From Eledone cirrhosa (lineage: Eukaryota), in the NCBI GenBank assembly GCA_964016885.1, contig OZ024741.1:146568001-146632000 (forward strand): a stretch of 64,000 nucleotides of DNA. The letters are read 5' to 3'. The translations under genes and the position numbers were made by a program. The notes under the pieces are model-generated. The model saw nothing but the letters and a program-made list of their open reading frames with translations, was not told the DNA's origin and searched no databases. Of the stretch, positions 38,956 through 52,000 are shown one piece after another (the stretch's first letter is position 1; every line of letters begins with the position of its first letter).

Positions 38956-40962
38956 TTAATGATTTACCTGCTGTTATTTCTAATCACACATCCCTATAAA
39001 GATACAGGCCTTCAAAGTCATTATAAATACTCAAACATATATATGATACAAAAACTGCATTCTAAGGACTAAGCTTCTACTACAGGGCAAGAATATACCA
39101 TACCCATGGTCAATTGCTGATCTTCTATAAACTTCAAGTAAGACCCACAATGTAATTCAGTCCTCATATCTGGGACAATGGCACTGCTATATGTACACAT
39201 TTCTTAGACAGATATCCTCACCACCACTGCCACCAAAAGGTTGGCCAATTAGTAAAGATTCACAGTACAACCACCACTGTTTTACAGACCCACTGCCACT
39301 TCTTATCACTTCAACCCAGACTACAATAGCCTCTACTCTTTTGAATTAGCAAGCTACATACCTCTTTCCTCGTAATGACCTGCTGCTTCTCCTTTGGTTA
39401 ATCTGACTGTGTCTCATAACTTAGATCCTACACACATTTTCAAACCATGCTAACCTTGCCTCGACAACTGCAGCTATTTGACTTTCCCAGCTTAATAATG
39501 ACAAAGTTAATATCACTAAATACCTCCAAAATTTTTTTTATTTTCATAATTATTTGAAACTCATATACAGCGTCTTTCATTAAAAGTATGATAACAAAAA
39601 TAGGACTTTAAATCCCACCAGTGTAATAGATATAATTTATCTTTCAATTTGATACACCTAGCTGGCCTTTAAATATTTTTAGTAGAGTTCCCTCCATTGC
39701 AAGCATTCCTGTTAGATCTCTTCTTTTATGAGAGCTTCATAGACCCTAAAAAAGGTTCAATGGGGTTGTCCTTCGTTACCATAAAATATATTTAAGAGAA
39801 ATAATTTTAACGATCATCCCTCTAGTGTCATTAAAATAAATTTTCAAGAATTTTAAGGAAATGATTTAAGTGATTCAATCCCTCTTCTCTGGTTGGCCTT
39901 CAATCAATGGTGAAATCATATGTTAGCCTATTTAATACCAATCAGCCTGAAACTGCCCCTGATTCTATGATATTGAGCTGATGATTAAAAAGTATTTAAA
40001 TATAAACTTAAAAAAATATTCTGTCATAATTTAATGTAAGTACCTATTAAAGCATGTTCCAAACACCAAATTAATAATGAGAAAGTTAGATATATTACTA
40101 AATCCTTCAAGAGACTTCATTATTTTCAATATGATTTGAATATCATAAACAGTTTTTCATTAAAAATCTAGTGGTGTCCATTTTTTCTAGTTTTAATCAC
40201 AGCTAATTTCTCCAAGAGAGAGAGTGAGGGAAAATGAGAAAGACAGAAACAAAGCACAAGACGATGAATCAATCCCCCATCTTATGTTGTATTGGACTGG
40301 TACTTTATTTCATCAGCCCCAAAATGATGAAAAGCAAAGACGGCTTTGGTGGGATTTGAATACCAACTGGTGTTCTGACAAATCTGCCAATTCACAGCCT
40401 AATCTTAATATACCTTCCTATAAAAACACTGAAGCATAAAGAAACATTTTATGGGGAATAGTAAATAGAAAGCTACCAATCGAAGTGTATTTCATTGTTT
40501 TGTATTTGTTTTCTGAAAGTTGTAGAAGTATATGTAAGTAATATCTTCAACAATTCTTTTCTTTACAGTAATTATTAGCAAAATCCCCAGTTTTAAATTA
40601 AAGGAGAAATGTCTTGTAAGAGAAAATCTTTGTAAGTTACAACAAAATAACTTATTGGAAATACCACAAATAGAGTGGAGAGTTTCAGCATAAAGCTTCT
40701 AGAAGTAATCTATTGTCGGTATATTGGTTGCAATAACTAGATTTCATTGGAAATCATCAACACTCACTGATATTAGTCTCCAACTTTTACATACAATCTA
40801 ACAATCTACAAGCTAAATCAAGATTACAGCTTTGTTGAAAGTTTTTCCAACAATTTCTACACAAAACTACCAAAATATTTTGATTCCACATTCAAAGATT
40901 TTCAGAAATAGGAATTAGTGTCTGATGTTAGATTCAATAAATAGGATATAGATATATTTCTG

Positions 40963-40972
<10 letters not shown>

Positions 40973-41025
<53 letters not shown>

Positions 41026-41043
41026 ACACGCGTGCGTGTGTGT
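40973..41043. repeat. (GT)n microsatellite
   Basis: GT run. Confidence 0.95.
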
Positions 41044-42846
41044 ATGCACCTATGTCAGTATGGAAGGGGATGCAAAATAATGATGATGTCGATATGAAGT
41101 TCAGATGAAAAACAGAATAGTCCAAGAGAATAACGTAATCATAGTATGTTGTTATAATGCATAATAGACTTGGAAAACAGTTTTAACGTTTTAGATACTA
41201 GCTTTTCATTTGAAAGAAGAGAGGGTGTTTGAGAGAGAAAAGAGAAATGAAGTCAGTCAAGAATTAAAAAGAAGGGAGTACAGGGGGGAAAGGAAAGAGG
41301 AGAAAATGTGTGTAACTGCTTGTTAGCCATTAGATGGATTACTCTTATAATTCTATATATGCAAAAATACATGAGAAGAGTGCTATATATAAAATATATA
41401 CATACAAATAGAGCATCAGTGGTTGAATATGGCAAGAAATATCTCCAATCAAGTGAGATTATCTTTGCAATTCCAAGACCTAAACTCCCCATGTGGATGC
41501 AGTCATGACTGAGTGGTTAAGAAGTTTGCTCTGCAATCATGAGACCTAAGATGTGACTCAATGTATGGTATCTTGGAAAAGTGTCTTTAATATAGGCATG
41601 GGTCAACCCAAGCTTTGTGAGGGTTATTGGGTAAATGAAAACTGTTTGGAAGTCTATCAAATGGATTGTACCAGTAATTTAAAGGACCAACCTTGTCATG
41701 CAGATTTGACTTGAGAATTGTTATCGGTAGATATGTCTGTGGAACACTCAATCACTTACTGATTAATTCAGGAGTTGGATGTTCAGCTGATTGATCAATT
41801 GAACAAAAGATTCATCATTGACTCATGCTTACCCAAAATGTTTAACTAAGCACACACATAATATACTCCTGTGAAAATATTTTTTTCGACTTTTGTCCTT
41901 TACTTACTTTCACTTAGCCTAATTTTTTTTCTATCTCCCATTCTATCATCTAAGGAAGGACTAACATCTAAAGCATTAAGACTGTTTTCCCACCATGTCA
42001 AGTGTTAAACTAATATGTATCATCATTGTGCTGTATTGTTTCCATGTGTTGTTTTTCTTCAATGATTTTTTTACACACACACACTGACTAACTATATAAG
42101 CATAAATTCAACAGAAAATATTGAGAAATATTTTCTTTTGTTTAAACACGTAAATGTAAACACACACACATATGTGTATATTTGTATATAGATATTTATA
42201 AAGCATTAACCAGTCAGTCAGGCAGGCAAACAGATAGATAGGTATATCTAGTATGAGACAAAGCGAGAAAGAGAGATAGGCATAGGAAGTAGGGGAGAGA
42301 GAAGATAAATTTCACATATCTCGTTTGTGTTTAGATGAGTATCTGAGAAAGAAACTAAGTTATTGGAATTGCCAAGATATGTGTAAGACAATATAAACAG
42401 ATGCTGCTTCTGAAGTGACAAGAAATTTGTTTAATTACGAAACAAACAACTGATGTAAAGATGTAAAGATTGTTATTTTGCTCTTCACTCGTGACTTATT
42501 TAAAATGAGAAAGCAACTTTAGTTTTCCCCTGTAAGTAAGTAAAGGGCCCTTAATTCCTAATGGAATGATGAATGCTCTGTTCAGACACATGTCATGTTT
42601 TGAGCATTTTAAACTTAGCAGAGAATGCAGCCTATTTCTTCCAGAGAAAGAGAGTGAAAGTGATGAATAGAGATAGAGGAAGGATAAATCCCAGTACTGG
42701 ACTGACCCATTATTTATCAATCTTCAAAGGATGAAAAGCAAAGTTTTGCCTCAGTGGAATCTGAACTCAGAGTGCAGTCAGCCAGAACAAATGCTAAAGC
42801 ATTTTTAATCCAACACCTTAATGACTGTCAATTTGACACCTTATAG

Positions 42847-43009
42847 CAGTGTTCCTCAATCAGTGTTCCCAGAACCCTAGGATTCTGCGAGAAACAGAAA
42901 AAAAGATATAGATATAAAAATGATATAAATATTTTTTTATGCAGGGGTTCCCTGAGACATGAAAACTACTTCAAAGGTTCCACAAGGGTAGAAAGTTTGA
43001 GAAACACTG
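42847..43009. mobile_element. hAT/Charlie-like MITE
   Basis: CAGTGTTCCTCAA ... TTGAGAAACACTG TIRs; degenerate 8-bp flanks CCTTATAG / CATTTTAT. Confidence 0.8.
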
Positions 43010-43173
43010 CATTTTATTATCTATAAGGAAAGACAAAAGTTAATTTTATTTCCTATCTTAGTTTTATAGAATTTCAGATGAAAGGTTTATAATATTCATG
43101 CAGGCAAGTTTCTAAACAAATATAATATGTAAATATGTGTGTACATTCACTGCCCAGCATTCATTTGCGTGTG

Positions 43174-43212
<39 letters not shown>

Positions 43213-43257
43213 GCATGGAAAATAGATGTAAAACAATAATGATGATGATTATATATA

Positions 43258-43563
43258 TATATTAATAAAAGATCAGAGGCCATATTCAGTTGATTCAGGC
43301 ATATTTAAAACTCCATTATACATATTTCACTGATTTTTCCAAATGTTAATGGTTTCTTAGGAATTTTCAATAATTGATAGCCTTCAGTGAAATATGTATA
43401 ACACAGTTTTAAATAAACCTGAATATGGCCTCCAATCTTTTAATATATAATGCTCCATCTTGTACCATTTATGCAGATCGTTGAGCGCTTCTTTTTAACT
43501 GCTTCACAACTGACAGACCATGGTGTGATCCACACATCCCTGTTCTGTCAACCCCTTATTCTA
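43258..43563 (+). mobile_element. Fold-back non-autonomous PLE-like element with 3' tail
   Basis: Inverted arms 43258-43333 / 43385-43449 including the hammerhead 3' half GAAATATGTA; tail with TTGAGCGCT (43481-43489); TA flanks. Confidence 0.7.
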
Positions 43564-43574
43564 ATATATATAAA

Positions 43575-44039
43575 AGGTGCAGGGTGATCAAAGTTGGTGG
43601 AAGCTAGGGAGTAGGAAGACCTGGGATGAAGTGATAAAAGCTGACTTTGCTCAATTGCATTTAACAAAGGTAATGGCACAGGATAGTGTTCTGTGCCGTT
43701 ATGCAGTAATAAAGATGATCTGCCTTCCCATGTGCACAGGTTGAAGTATACATTCTAGTATGTACCACTTAACCCCAATCACCCCCACTCCATACACCTT
43801 CCACGCCCTAACACTCCAGCCTTCACACTACCCACTGTAAAGTGGTCATGTTGGTATCACTCAAAAAGTACCCAGTCCACACTGTAAATGTGGTTGGCAC
43901 TAGGAAGGGTATCTAGCTATAAAACCAAGCCAGAAACAGTTCTGTATGAACAAGACATGGTCACCTGACCTGACGTGCCTCAAAAGGGACAACCTGTTTA
44001 ACCCATGTTAGCATGGGAAATAGGTGTTAAACGATGACA

Positions 44040-44080
<41 letters not shown>
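43575..44080 (+). mobile_element. RTE 3' fragment (older subfamily)
   Basis: GSRKTWDEVIK coding end, 3' UTR and long (GAT)n; homologous to 63100-63750 (-). Confidence 0.85.
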
Positions 44081-44389
44081 ATATATATAGTGAAAGAGTG
44101 AAGACTAACATGGTCAGCTGTACAAAAAGAGCTTTATTTACAGTATTAACCTACATGGGAATTCTCGCAAACTCGCTACCTAACTAAGGAAACCTCTTGT
44201 TGAGTCAAACAGCCATACATTAAAACTATCCAAAGTACAGAGTACTCACAACCTCTAACTGGATTACCTTAAACGATAACTTGTTATCCCATATATATAT
44301 ATATATATATGTGTTTTTTGTATATATATATATGTTTTTTCCCAAAGACAATATATATATATATATACAATATATATATATATATATTT

Positions 44390-44829
44390 ATTTGGGTTTG
44401 TTGGTTCACCACTTTTTAATCTCTACGTCTGTCCTTGCGGATATTGTTTGTCCTTGGGAAAAAACATATTTCGCGGCAATATCGAGCATGCCTGACAAGC
44501 CTGATTGATGCGTGACCTCAGCACTGACATTTCCATCTGATGGGATGGTAGTAGTACATTAAAGGCTTGTGCCCCGACACCAGATGGTAGTATCTAGACC
44601 TAATAATCAGCACCTGAGGGCGGTCGACGCAGCTAGAAGCTGCTAAATTGCTGGCCGCCCTCCTGTCTCTGATTTAAACACCATGGATTTTTATTTGTTA
44701 TTCCTTCATTGTATTTTGAATTACCTGATGATGTCACTGGATTCATACTGAACCCAGTCATTGAAATGATCATAGTATAATAAACCTTTCAAGGATTTAC
44801 ACCGGTACATGCCTCCTGTTATTTTGTAA
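44390..44829 (+). mobile_element. Hammerhead-containing non-autonomous element in (TA)n
   Basis: GC-rich hairpin GAGGGCGGTC...GGCCGCCCTC, hammerhead, AATAAA, TA flanks. Confidence 0.7.
44722..44777 (+). ncRNA. Minimal type I hammerhead ribozyme
   Basis: TAC-CTGATGA-[stem II ACTGGATTCA/TGAACCCAGT]-GAAA-TGATCA-TA-GTA; palindromic helix III ATGATCAT. Confidence 0.75.
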
Positions 44830-45999
44830 TATATATATATGACCTTGTTTTTTAATGTCTATCATTAGAAATATAGTAACAAAAGGGTTAATGTAGATAC
44901 TTTTCATTTTGTGTATAAACTGGGCTATTAAGTGTCATTTTATCAAGGATACATTTCAGCATTGACAACAGGATACAAACTATCAAACAGTTTGCTGGTT
45001 ATCCAGTCAGTATTTTGACTTAGACATTGGAAGCACATATCAATAGTAGTCATGGTCTGCAAATCATTCTTATTGAAAATCTAATTAACCATTTCAGTAA
45101 CAACCCACTTAAGACTACCCATGATTCTATGATATAAAATCTCATTTAAAATTTTCTATATTTAAACTAAAAGCTTCCTTCATGTTTTATGTAATAACTT
45201 TTATTAAATTATGTTCCAAACACTAGTTTAATAATGAGAAAGTTAGATATTTTACGAAATCCCTCTTACTTCTTGATTATTTTCAAAATTATTAGCAATA
45301 TAATAATGATAATAATGCTAACAACAACAACAATAATAATAATAATTTTATAATTATAATCATATAATAATGATAATAATGATAATAATAATATAATAAC
45401 AATAATGATAATAATGGTGGTGGTGGTGGTGATAAACACTTGGTGGTTGATCTCCATTACTTCTGATGATGAGTGTTCCAGTTGTTTTATCTACAGACAC
45501 ATGTAGCTGAGTGTGTGACTAGGTTGGCCTATTGAATCATAGGCACAACTCATTTTTTTTCAGTTGAGTGGACTGGAGAAACATGGAATAAAGTGTCTTG
45601 ATCAAAGAGACGATCTATCACCAGAAATCAAACTCATGATTATATGACTGAAAACCAAACACTCCAACCACTAACCTGTGCCTCTTCACAGTAAATATTA
45701 ACAAACATGTAAACATATCTCATTCTGCTTTGAAAGGATTAAGTTGCTGTTAGAAAACTTACAAGGAAAAATATATTTAAAATATATCTTAAAGTTCAAA
45801 CTAGCATGTGGCAACTAGTGGCATATAGCAAAATGGAAATACCACTTGAAAAATAAAGAAATTAGGAGGAAAATATATTGTAAGAAACCAAAAGAAATAA
45901 GAAACAAAAATATTTTAAAGAATTCATTTTGATAATATTGACAATTAGTTCCTTTATAATGAGTGATTTTTTAACTTCAAAATACCAAATGATCAATAC

Positions 46000-46403
46000 T
46001 ACCCCCTACCCAACTACTCCAACCTTCATCAACATCATTATATCAACATCATTATATCATCATCAACACTACCATCACTACCAACATCATCAACATCACA
46101 ACCACCTCTATCAATACTACCAATACTACCACCACCAATATCATCACAATTACTACCATTACCACCACCAACATCATCATCACCACCACAACAACACTGC
46201 TACTACCTACAACATCACCATTACTATCACCCCCACTTTCATCAACATCTACCACAATTACCAACATCACCATCACTATCACCACTACTAATATCATTAC
46301 TGACATATCCACTCCCAGCAACACAATAACTATTACTGCTAACTTCATCATCACTATGACAAGCACCACTACCACTGCTTTTAACACCATCACCATCATC
46401 ACT
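46000..46403. repeat. Degenerate (CAY/AAC/TAC)n trinucleotide low-complexity tract
   Basis: Interspersed CAT/CAC/CAA/TAC triplets; a similar (AAT/GAT)n tract lies at 45295-45432. Confidence 0.9.
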
Positions 46404-46987
46404 ATCATCTCAATCAACCACCATCATCATCATCATCGTTATCAGTAAAATAACTTGAAGTTTGAACATGATGTTTAGCTTTCCTATTGTCATAAAACTA
46501 TTATTTTTTCTTCTCAGAATTACCCACCAGAACTACCAAAGAAATAAAGAACCTAAAACTCTACCCAAGCTAAAAAGAAAATTAGACAAGAAAGTCTTAG
46601 AAATAGCAAGATCAGATAACTTTTTTCAAATTTTATTCAAAAATTACAAAGGAGAAACAGAGTTGAAGGATTAGAAAAAGTTGCTGGAGTCACTTTAGAT
46701 CATCTCAATCAACCACCATCATCATCATCATCGTTATCAGTAAAATAACTTGAAGTTTGAACATGATGTTTAGCTTTCCAATTGTCATAAAACTATTATT
46801 TTTTCTTCTCAGAATTACCCACCACCACCACCAAAGAAATAAAGAACCTAAAACTCTACCCAAGCTACAAAGAAAATTAAACAAGAAAGTCTTAGAAATA
46901 GAAAGATCAGATAACTTTTTTCAAATTTTATTCAAAAATTACAAAGGAGAAAGGGATTAGAAAAAGTTGCTGCAGTCACTTTAGATC
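46404..46987 (+). repeat. Tandem direct duplication, period 295 bp
   Basis: 46404-46698 repeated at 46699-46987 with few substitutions and one short deletion. Confidence 0.95.
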
Positions 46988-47871
46988 TGACAGCTTCTCA
47001 CATAGAATACTCCCCCTTCATGCCACCAATACCTCCATCCTCAGTCTATACTAAATGCCAAATATTACAACTAATCATTTTTTCCCCATATATATTAAAG
47101 TTGGTGGCAATTTAGCTGAGTTGTTAGGTCATTGGATTAAAAATGCTTTGGTTATTTATTACAGTTCTCAGCACTCTGATTTCAAATCCCACCAAGTTCA
47201 ACTTTGACTTTCATCTTTTTAGTTTTGATAAATAAAATACTAATCCAGTACTGAAGATAGTTCTTCTCTCTCACTCCCTGGAAGAAATTGGTTGTGTTTC
47301 AACCTGGAGAGGAATGGGCTACACTAGGTTTTAAATGCATATGATATGCCATGTATCAGGATGGCACTCATAAAAATTCATCACGAGTTAATGGCCCTTA
47401 ATTCTTTTTTATCTTAAAGTAAATTTTAGTTGAGTATGTGCTTTGTATGTGTGTTTGTAAATATATTCATATGTGGCTTAGTGGTCAAAGATTTCAGTTC
47501 ATGATCATAAGGTTGTGGGTTCGATTCCTGTTGGTGCATTGTGAACTTTAACAAAGTACTATATTTCAGATTTCTCATATCACAAAATATTTTCTATATT
47601 TTACTTTTCTTACCTTCTTTATGATTCACTTTCTCATTTCAATCTTTACCATATATTAACACTGTCATCTTGTCTTTCCATCCACATCAATTTATCATAC
47701 ACTTTTCAACCATATTTCAATCATTAGCACAGACTTGGCTGTGTGGTTAAGGAGTTTGCTTTGCAAGGATGTAATACTGGGTTCAGTCTCACTGTGATGT
47801 ACTTTGGGCAAGTCTTCTATTATAGCCTCAGATTAACCAATGTCTGGAATTTGAGTAGATGGAAACTGGAG

Positions 47872-48333
47872 AAGGATAGATTCTATGATACCTATGTGAG
47901 AGGTGTGATGCTGTATGGCAATGAAACATGAGTGGTAAATGCTGTGGATATACAGAGACTGGAGAGAAATGAAGTGAACATGCTCAGTTGGATGTGCAAT
48001 TGTAGTTTGCATGAATGGTGTAGCGTGAATGAACTGAGAGAAAAGCTGGCTGTAAGAGGAATGAGATGTTGTGTGGAAGAGAGAATACTGTGCTGATTTG
48101 GATATATGATACATATGGATGAAAAATGTTGGGTGAAGAAGAGCCAGTGGAAGGAAACTGCAGTAAAGGAAGATCAAGAAAGACCTGGACAGATGTGGTT
48201 AGAGCTGATATAAAAATAATGAATTCAGAGAGGAGATGATGAAGGAATGCTGCAAGTGGGGGAAGGCTGTGTTAGAGAGGACCCATCCAAATCCATGCAA
48301 GCATGGAAAAGTAGACATAAAATGATGATGATG
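47872..48333 (+). mobile_element. Decayed RTE 3' fragment related to the PHD-RTE
   Basis: RFYDTYVRGVMLYGNET*..IQRLERNE..; GRSRKTW; (GAT)n tail. Confidence 0.85.
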
Positions 48334-48397
48334 GCATACATATATATTATCATCATTGTTTAATATTCATTTCCCCCCATTAGTAAGATATATATAT

Positions 48398-48616
48398 GTT
48401 ATGCAATCATGGGAATATGTTGTTGGTCATATATTACCAGCCTGTTGTTTTTTTATCACACGATGGTAATACATGACCAGCAACATATCCTTATGATTGC
48501 ATAACTGCACCTCTGATTGTATCAGCATCTGATGAAGTCACATACCATGTAACAGAAATGTACATTATGCAATAAAATAATTATGGTGAAGTAACCCCAT
48601 CTTAATTATTTTAATT
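48398..48616 (+). mobile_element. Hairpin plus hammerhead mini-element in (TA)n
   Basis: 42-bp inverted arms 48398-48439 / 48464-48505, then hammerhead and AATAAA. Confidence 0.75.
48525..48570 (+). ncRNA. Minimal type I hammerhead ribozyme
   Basis: GCAT-CTGATGA-A-GTCACAT-ACC-ATGTAAC-A-GAAA-TGTACA-TT-ATGC; stem I GCAT/ATGC; palindromic helix III ATGTACAT. Confidence 0.8.
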
Positions 48617-48738
48617 TATATATATATATATATGTGTGTATGAATGAAATATTTCTGTCGGAAAGGTACAGGAAAAAAGAGTGCTCTATGTAGACTACAG
48701 AGCCTATTAGTTATGTAATAAACAACATAAGATAATAT

Positions 48739-48799
48739 TTCATTTACCAGTGGTTTCTTGAAGGCAGATGTTGTGTCTGTCTTCAGTCGTCAGAATGAA
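48739..48799 (-). ncRNA. Type I hammerhead ribozyme
   Basis: RC reads TTCATT-CTGACGA-CTGAAGACAGA-CACAACA-TCTGCCTTCAA-GAAA-CCACTGG-TA-AATGAA; 6-bp stem I, about 10-bp stem II. Confidence 0.85.
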
Positions 48800-48879
48800 T
48801 AAATAACATGGTGTTTTTATTAAATATATATATATTATAAAGAACGAGGATTCAGTGTTGCATCAGATCACATTTATTA

Positions 48880-48965
48880 ACATATTACATATGTTTCTCT
48901 ATTGATCAGCTCGAGGCAAAATCTATTACAGATCAAACCTGCAGTCGAAAGTTCCTCAGATATGT
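48880..48965 (-). ncRNA. Type I hammerhead ribozyme (mirror copy)
   Basis: RC reads ACATAT-CTGAGGA-long stem II-GAAA-CATATG-TA-ATATGT. Confidence 0.75.
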
Positions 48966-49004
48966 TTTGTGTGTGAAATCGTCTCCAATATTTTCACACA
49001 CAAG

Positions 49005-49094
49005 ACATATCTGAGGAACTTTCGATTGCAGAGTCAGGTTTGATCTGTAATAGATCTTGCCTCGAGCTGATCAGTAGAGAAACATGTAATATGT
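49005..49094 (+). ncRNA. Type I hammerhead ribozyme with extended domain II
   Basis: ACATAT-CTGAGGA-[about 61 nt, inner GATCT/AGATC]-GAAA-CATG-TA-ATATGT. Confidence 0.8.
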
Positions 49095-52000
49095 TAATAA
49101 ATGTGTTATGATGCAACACTGAATCCTCGTTCTTTATAATATTATACTCTGTGCGAGCATCGAGTGCTCAACTGGCATACCGCCTGCGGATGCATTTACC
49201 TGCTACCCTACAACTATATATATATATATTCGATAACATGATCATTTTGTAAGAATAAATTATATCAAATAAATAAACATCCTCTACTATTGAGTACTCA
49301 TTTGAAATTGTTTTTCTTTACATGTGTAGTATGAATGTGTATGTGTGTGCCTGCATAGGTGTGACCATATCTATGTTTACATTTTTGTCTCTGTGCCTGT
49401 GTTTATGACACATAATTTAACTGTTTGACCAAAAGAGAGATCGGTAAGATAAATACCAGACTTGAAACAATAATGGGATCAATATGATTGCTTAAATCAA
49501 AGAATAGCCACAGTCAAATAACAAATCATTAAAAAAAAAAGAATTATTACAGCCTCCAACACACGTCATTTCCTTTACAAAAAATACCACTAAGGTGTAA
49601 GAACTCACATTACCCTATAGCACAGAAATAAATTCAAATGTTCCAAATTTTATTAACTCTTAATTTCCTCTAATGATTTAGAAGAAAATATAAAAAAATT
49701 GGTTTGTTAAATGAAATTTTTGTAGTATTTCTACTAATTGAGAGATAATTGTAAAGATTTGTAATATTGAGTAACAACTGTTTTATATGTTTCCAAGAAT
49801 GTCTTTGCTAATGCAGTTTCAATTAGCACAGAATACTGTTAAGGGTTAAAAACTAATTCTACTATAGTTTTATAGTAAGATATAAACTTAATGAAACTTC
49901 CACATATGTTTAAAGAACAGTGTACACATGCTTGTATTTCAAATGTCCTAAAAATATTATATGAATGCACGATGTGAAAACATACAACTGAATGAATTTC
50001 GCAAGATTATATGTTATCTTAATTCAATTTACAAGTTTAAATCTGAAGATTTTAAGAAAAATATATTTTAAAATTAATTTTCTGTTTAATTTATAATTTT
50101 ATCAAATTAATCTGTCTAATGTATAACCCTACCTTTTTTTTTTTATATAACTTTGCCTGTCCAACTCTACATGTCACATATATTGTAACCCTGATGTTTA
50201 TGTTTACTGTATTTCTAAGTGCAATCCTTGCAGCTAATAAATAACTTATTATTATATTAGTATTATCCTGGCTTATAAAGGATGATCTCAGCTGTAGTGA
50301 TGCCGAAAAGTTCACAACAGTTCATATGTACAAACATTGGCTTTATTCAATTATACACAAAATAAGATTTGGTTATCCAAAATGAAGGAAAAATCTAGAT
50401 AATGAAGGTATTTTTTTAATATTCTTAGTTTTTCTTTCTTTTTTTTTCTCAAAGAAAGTGTTAAGAAGTTTTAGGATTTCATCCTGGGGTTAAATTAAAT
50501 GGTTTATTATGATAAATAAAAATAAGCCTAAAATTTAATGGCAACATCATTGAAAAAAATATGTTATCTCTTCACCCTTTCATTGCCATATTTCTAATGA
50601 AAGCCACTGCCAATAGGCTTCAAGTAATTTTGAAAATAATCAAAAATTTGGGGTAAATTAGTAAAATAACTTTTTTTATTTTGAACATTACTTAACAAAA
50701 ATGTTCTACATAAAATTATGATGTTAATATGAGTAGGAACACTTTAAATGAACAGCCTTACATAGTACTTAGTTTTAGGTCAGGCTGGTATGAAGAGGGT
50801 TAATGTCATTTATTGAAAGTACTAAAAACATGTAATAGCAATATTTCAGTTCAGGCGGTGAACCCACCAATCATTCTGACCTTTCACACACAAGGTAGGT
50901 CATATTAGTTCATTATCTTACTGTTAATATTTGAGATTAAGAAAAGAAACCATAGAGATATTCTAAAAATATATTAAAAAAAACAACTATCATTATGAGA
51001 GTATCACCTCTGAGACTATCAACTTATCCTAGGAGCTAACTCACTGATACATTTTCCACCATAATACCAAATTTAAGTACAGGTCTTTATGAGTTCTTTG
51101 GGTTTTGAATATAATTATTTCTGTAGATTGTATGTGAAGTGATATATGCAAAATGCAAAAACAGCATCTATCATACTTTATAGAAGATTTAACATCCTAC
51201 AATGATTTATAAAAAAATACTTAAAATCAGGTTTGTTAGTTCAAATGTCTATAGTACCTTTACGTGAACAGATCATAGTGAAAATTTGTAGCATTAGACT
51301 TCCGATTTTACTATTCAATGTGATATAGTCAGCTATGCTAAATATAATGTGTGTGCATTGTTAATTTATTACATAATAATTAAAGTTATCATTCTTACAT
51401 TAGAGAGTTCATTGTTATTTTATATTTTCTAGAATGTTCTACTGCTGCTTTTTCACATGATTTAAGCAGCAAATCAGCAAAATTGTGAGTGTATCAGACA
51501 CAATGCTCAGTGGTATATATTCCTGCATCTTTCATTATGTCCAAATTCTGTCAAATCGATAAATAAAGTACTAATTTAAGGTAATGGATTGGCAGTATCA
51601 TTAGAACACTACAAGGATGCTTTGTGGTATTTGTTCCAGTTCTTCGTATTCTGAGTTCAAATCCTACCATGGCCCACTTGAGTGGGATACTTAATCTATC
51701 ACATGTCTTTTAGAGCAGGGCTTCTTAATCCATTCTAACAAGTGAAATCTCAGCTGGGCAAGAAGATTATGGAACTTAAAAACACATTGCAACAGCACTG
51801 GCAATAAGTAGGATTATTTCAACCATGCTGCCACAGAACCCCAAATATAGATCCCAGTGGGGAGGTATTCAAGCAAGAAATTCAGTTTAAGGATACGTTT
51901 CTCCATCCTACCTGGGTGCAGCCATTTCTCCAGACTAAATGGTGAAAAAAGAATCCCATTTGAATAATTATATTGATTTAGTTTCAGTAGCCCTACATAA

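Larger units (their letters stand above)
48833..49215 (+). mobile_element. Palindromic non-autonomous PLE-like element with mirrored hammerheads and 3' tail
   Basis: Arms about 48833-48978 / 48992-49141 at high identity; tail 49146-49215 with TCGAGTGCT; TA flanks. Confidence 0.85.

Noticed and set aside
41948-41982. CTAAGGAAGGACTAACATCTAAAGCATTAAG, reminiscent of a decayed hammerhead
   Set aside because: Both core boxes are mutated; too degenerate to support
45929-46417. His-rich and Val/Met-rich ORFs
   Set aside because: Products of a degenerate trinucleotide tract
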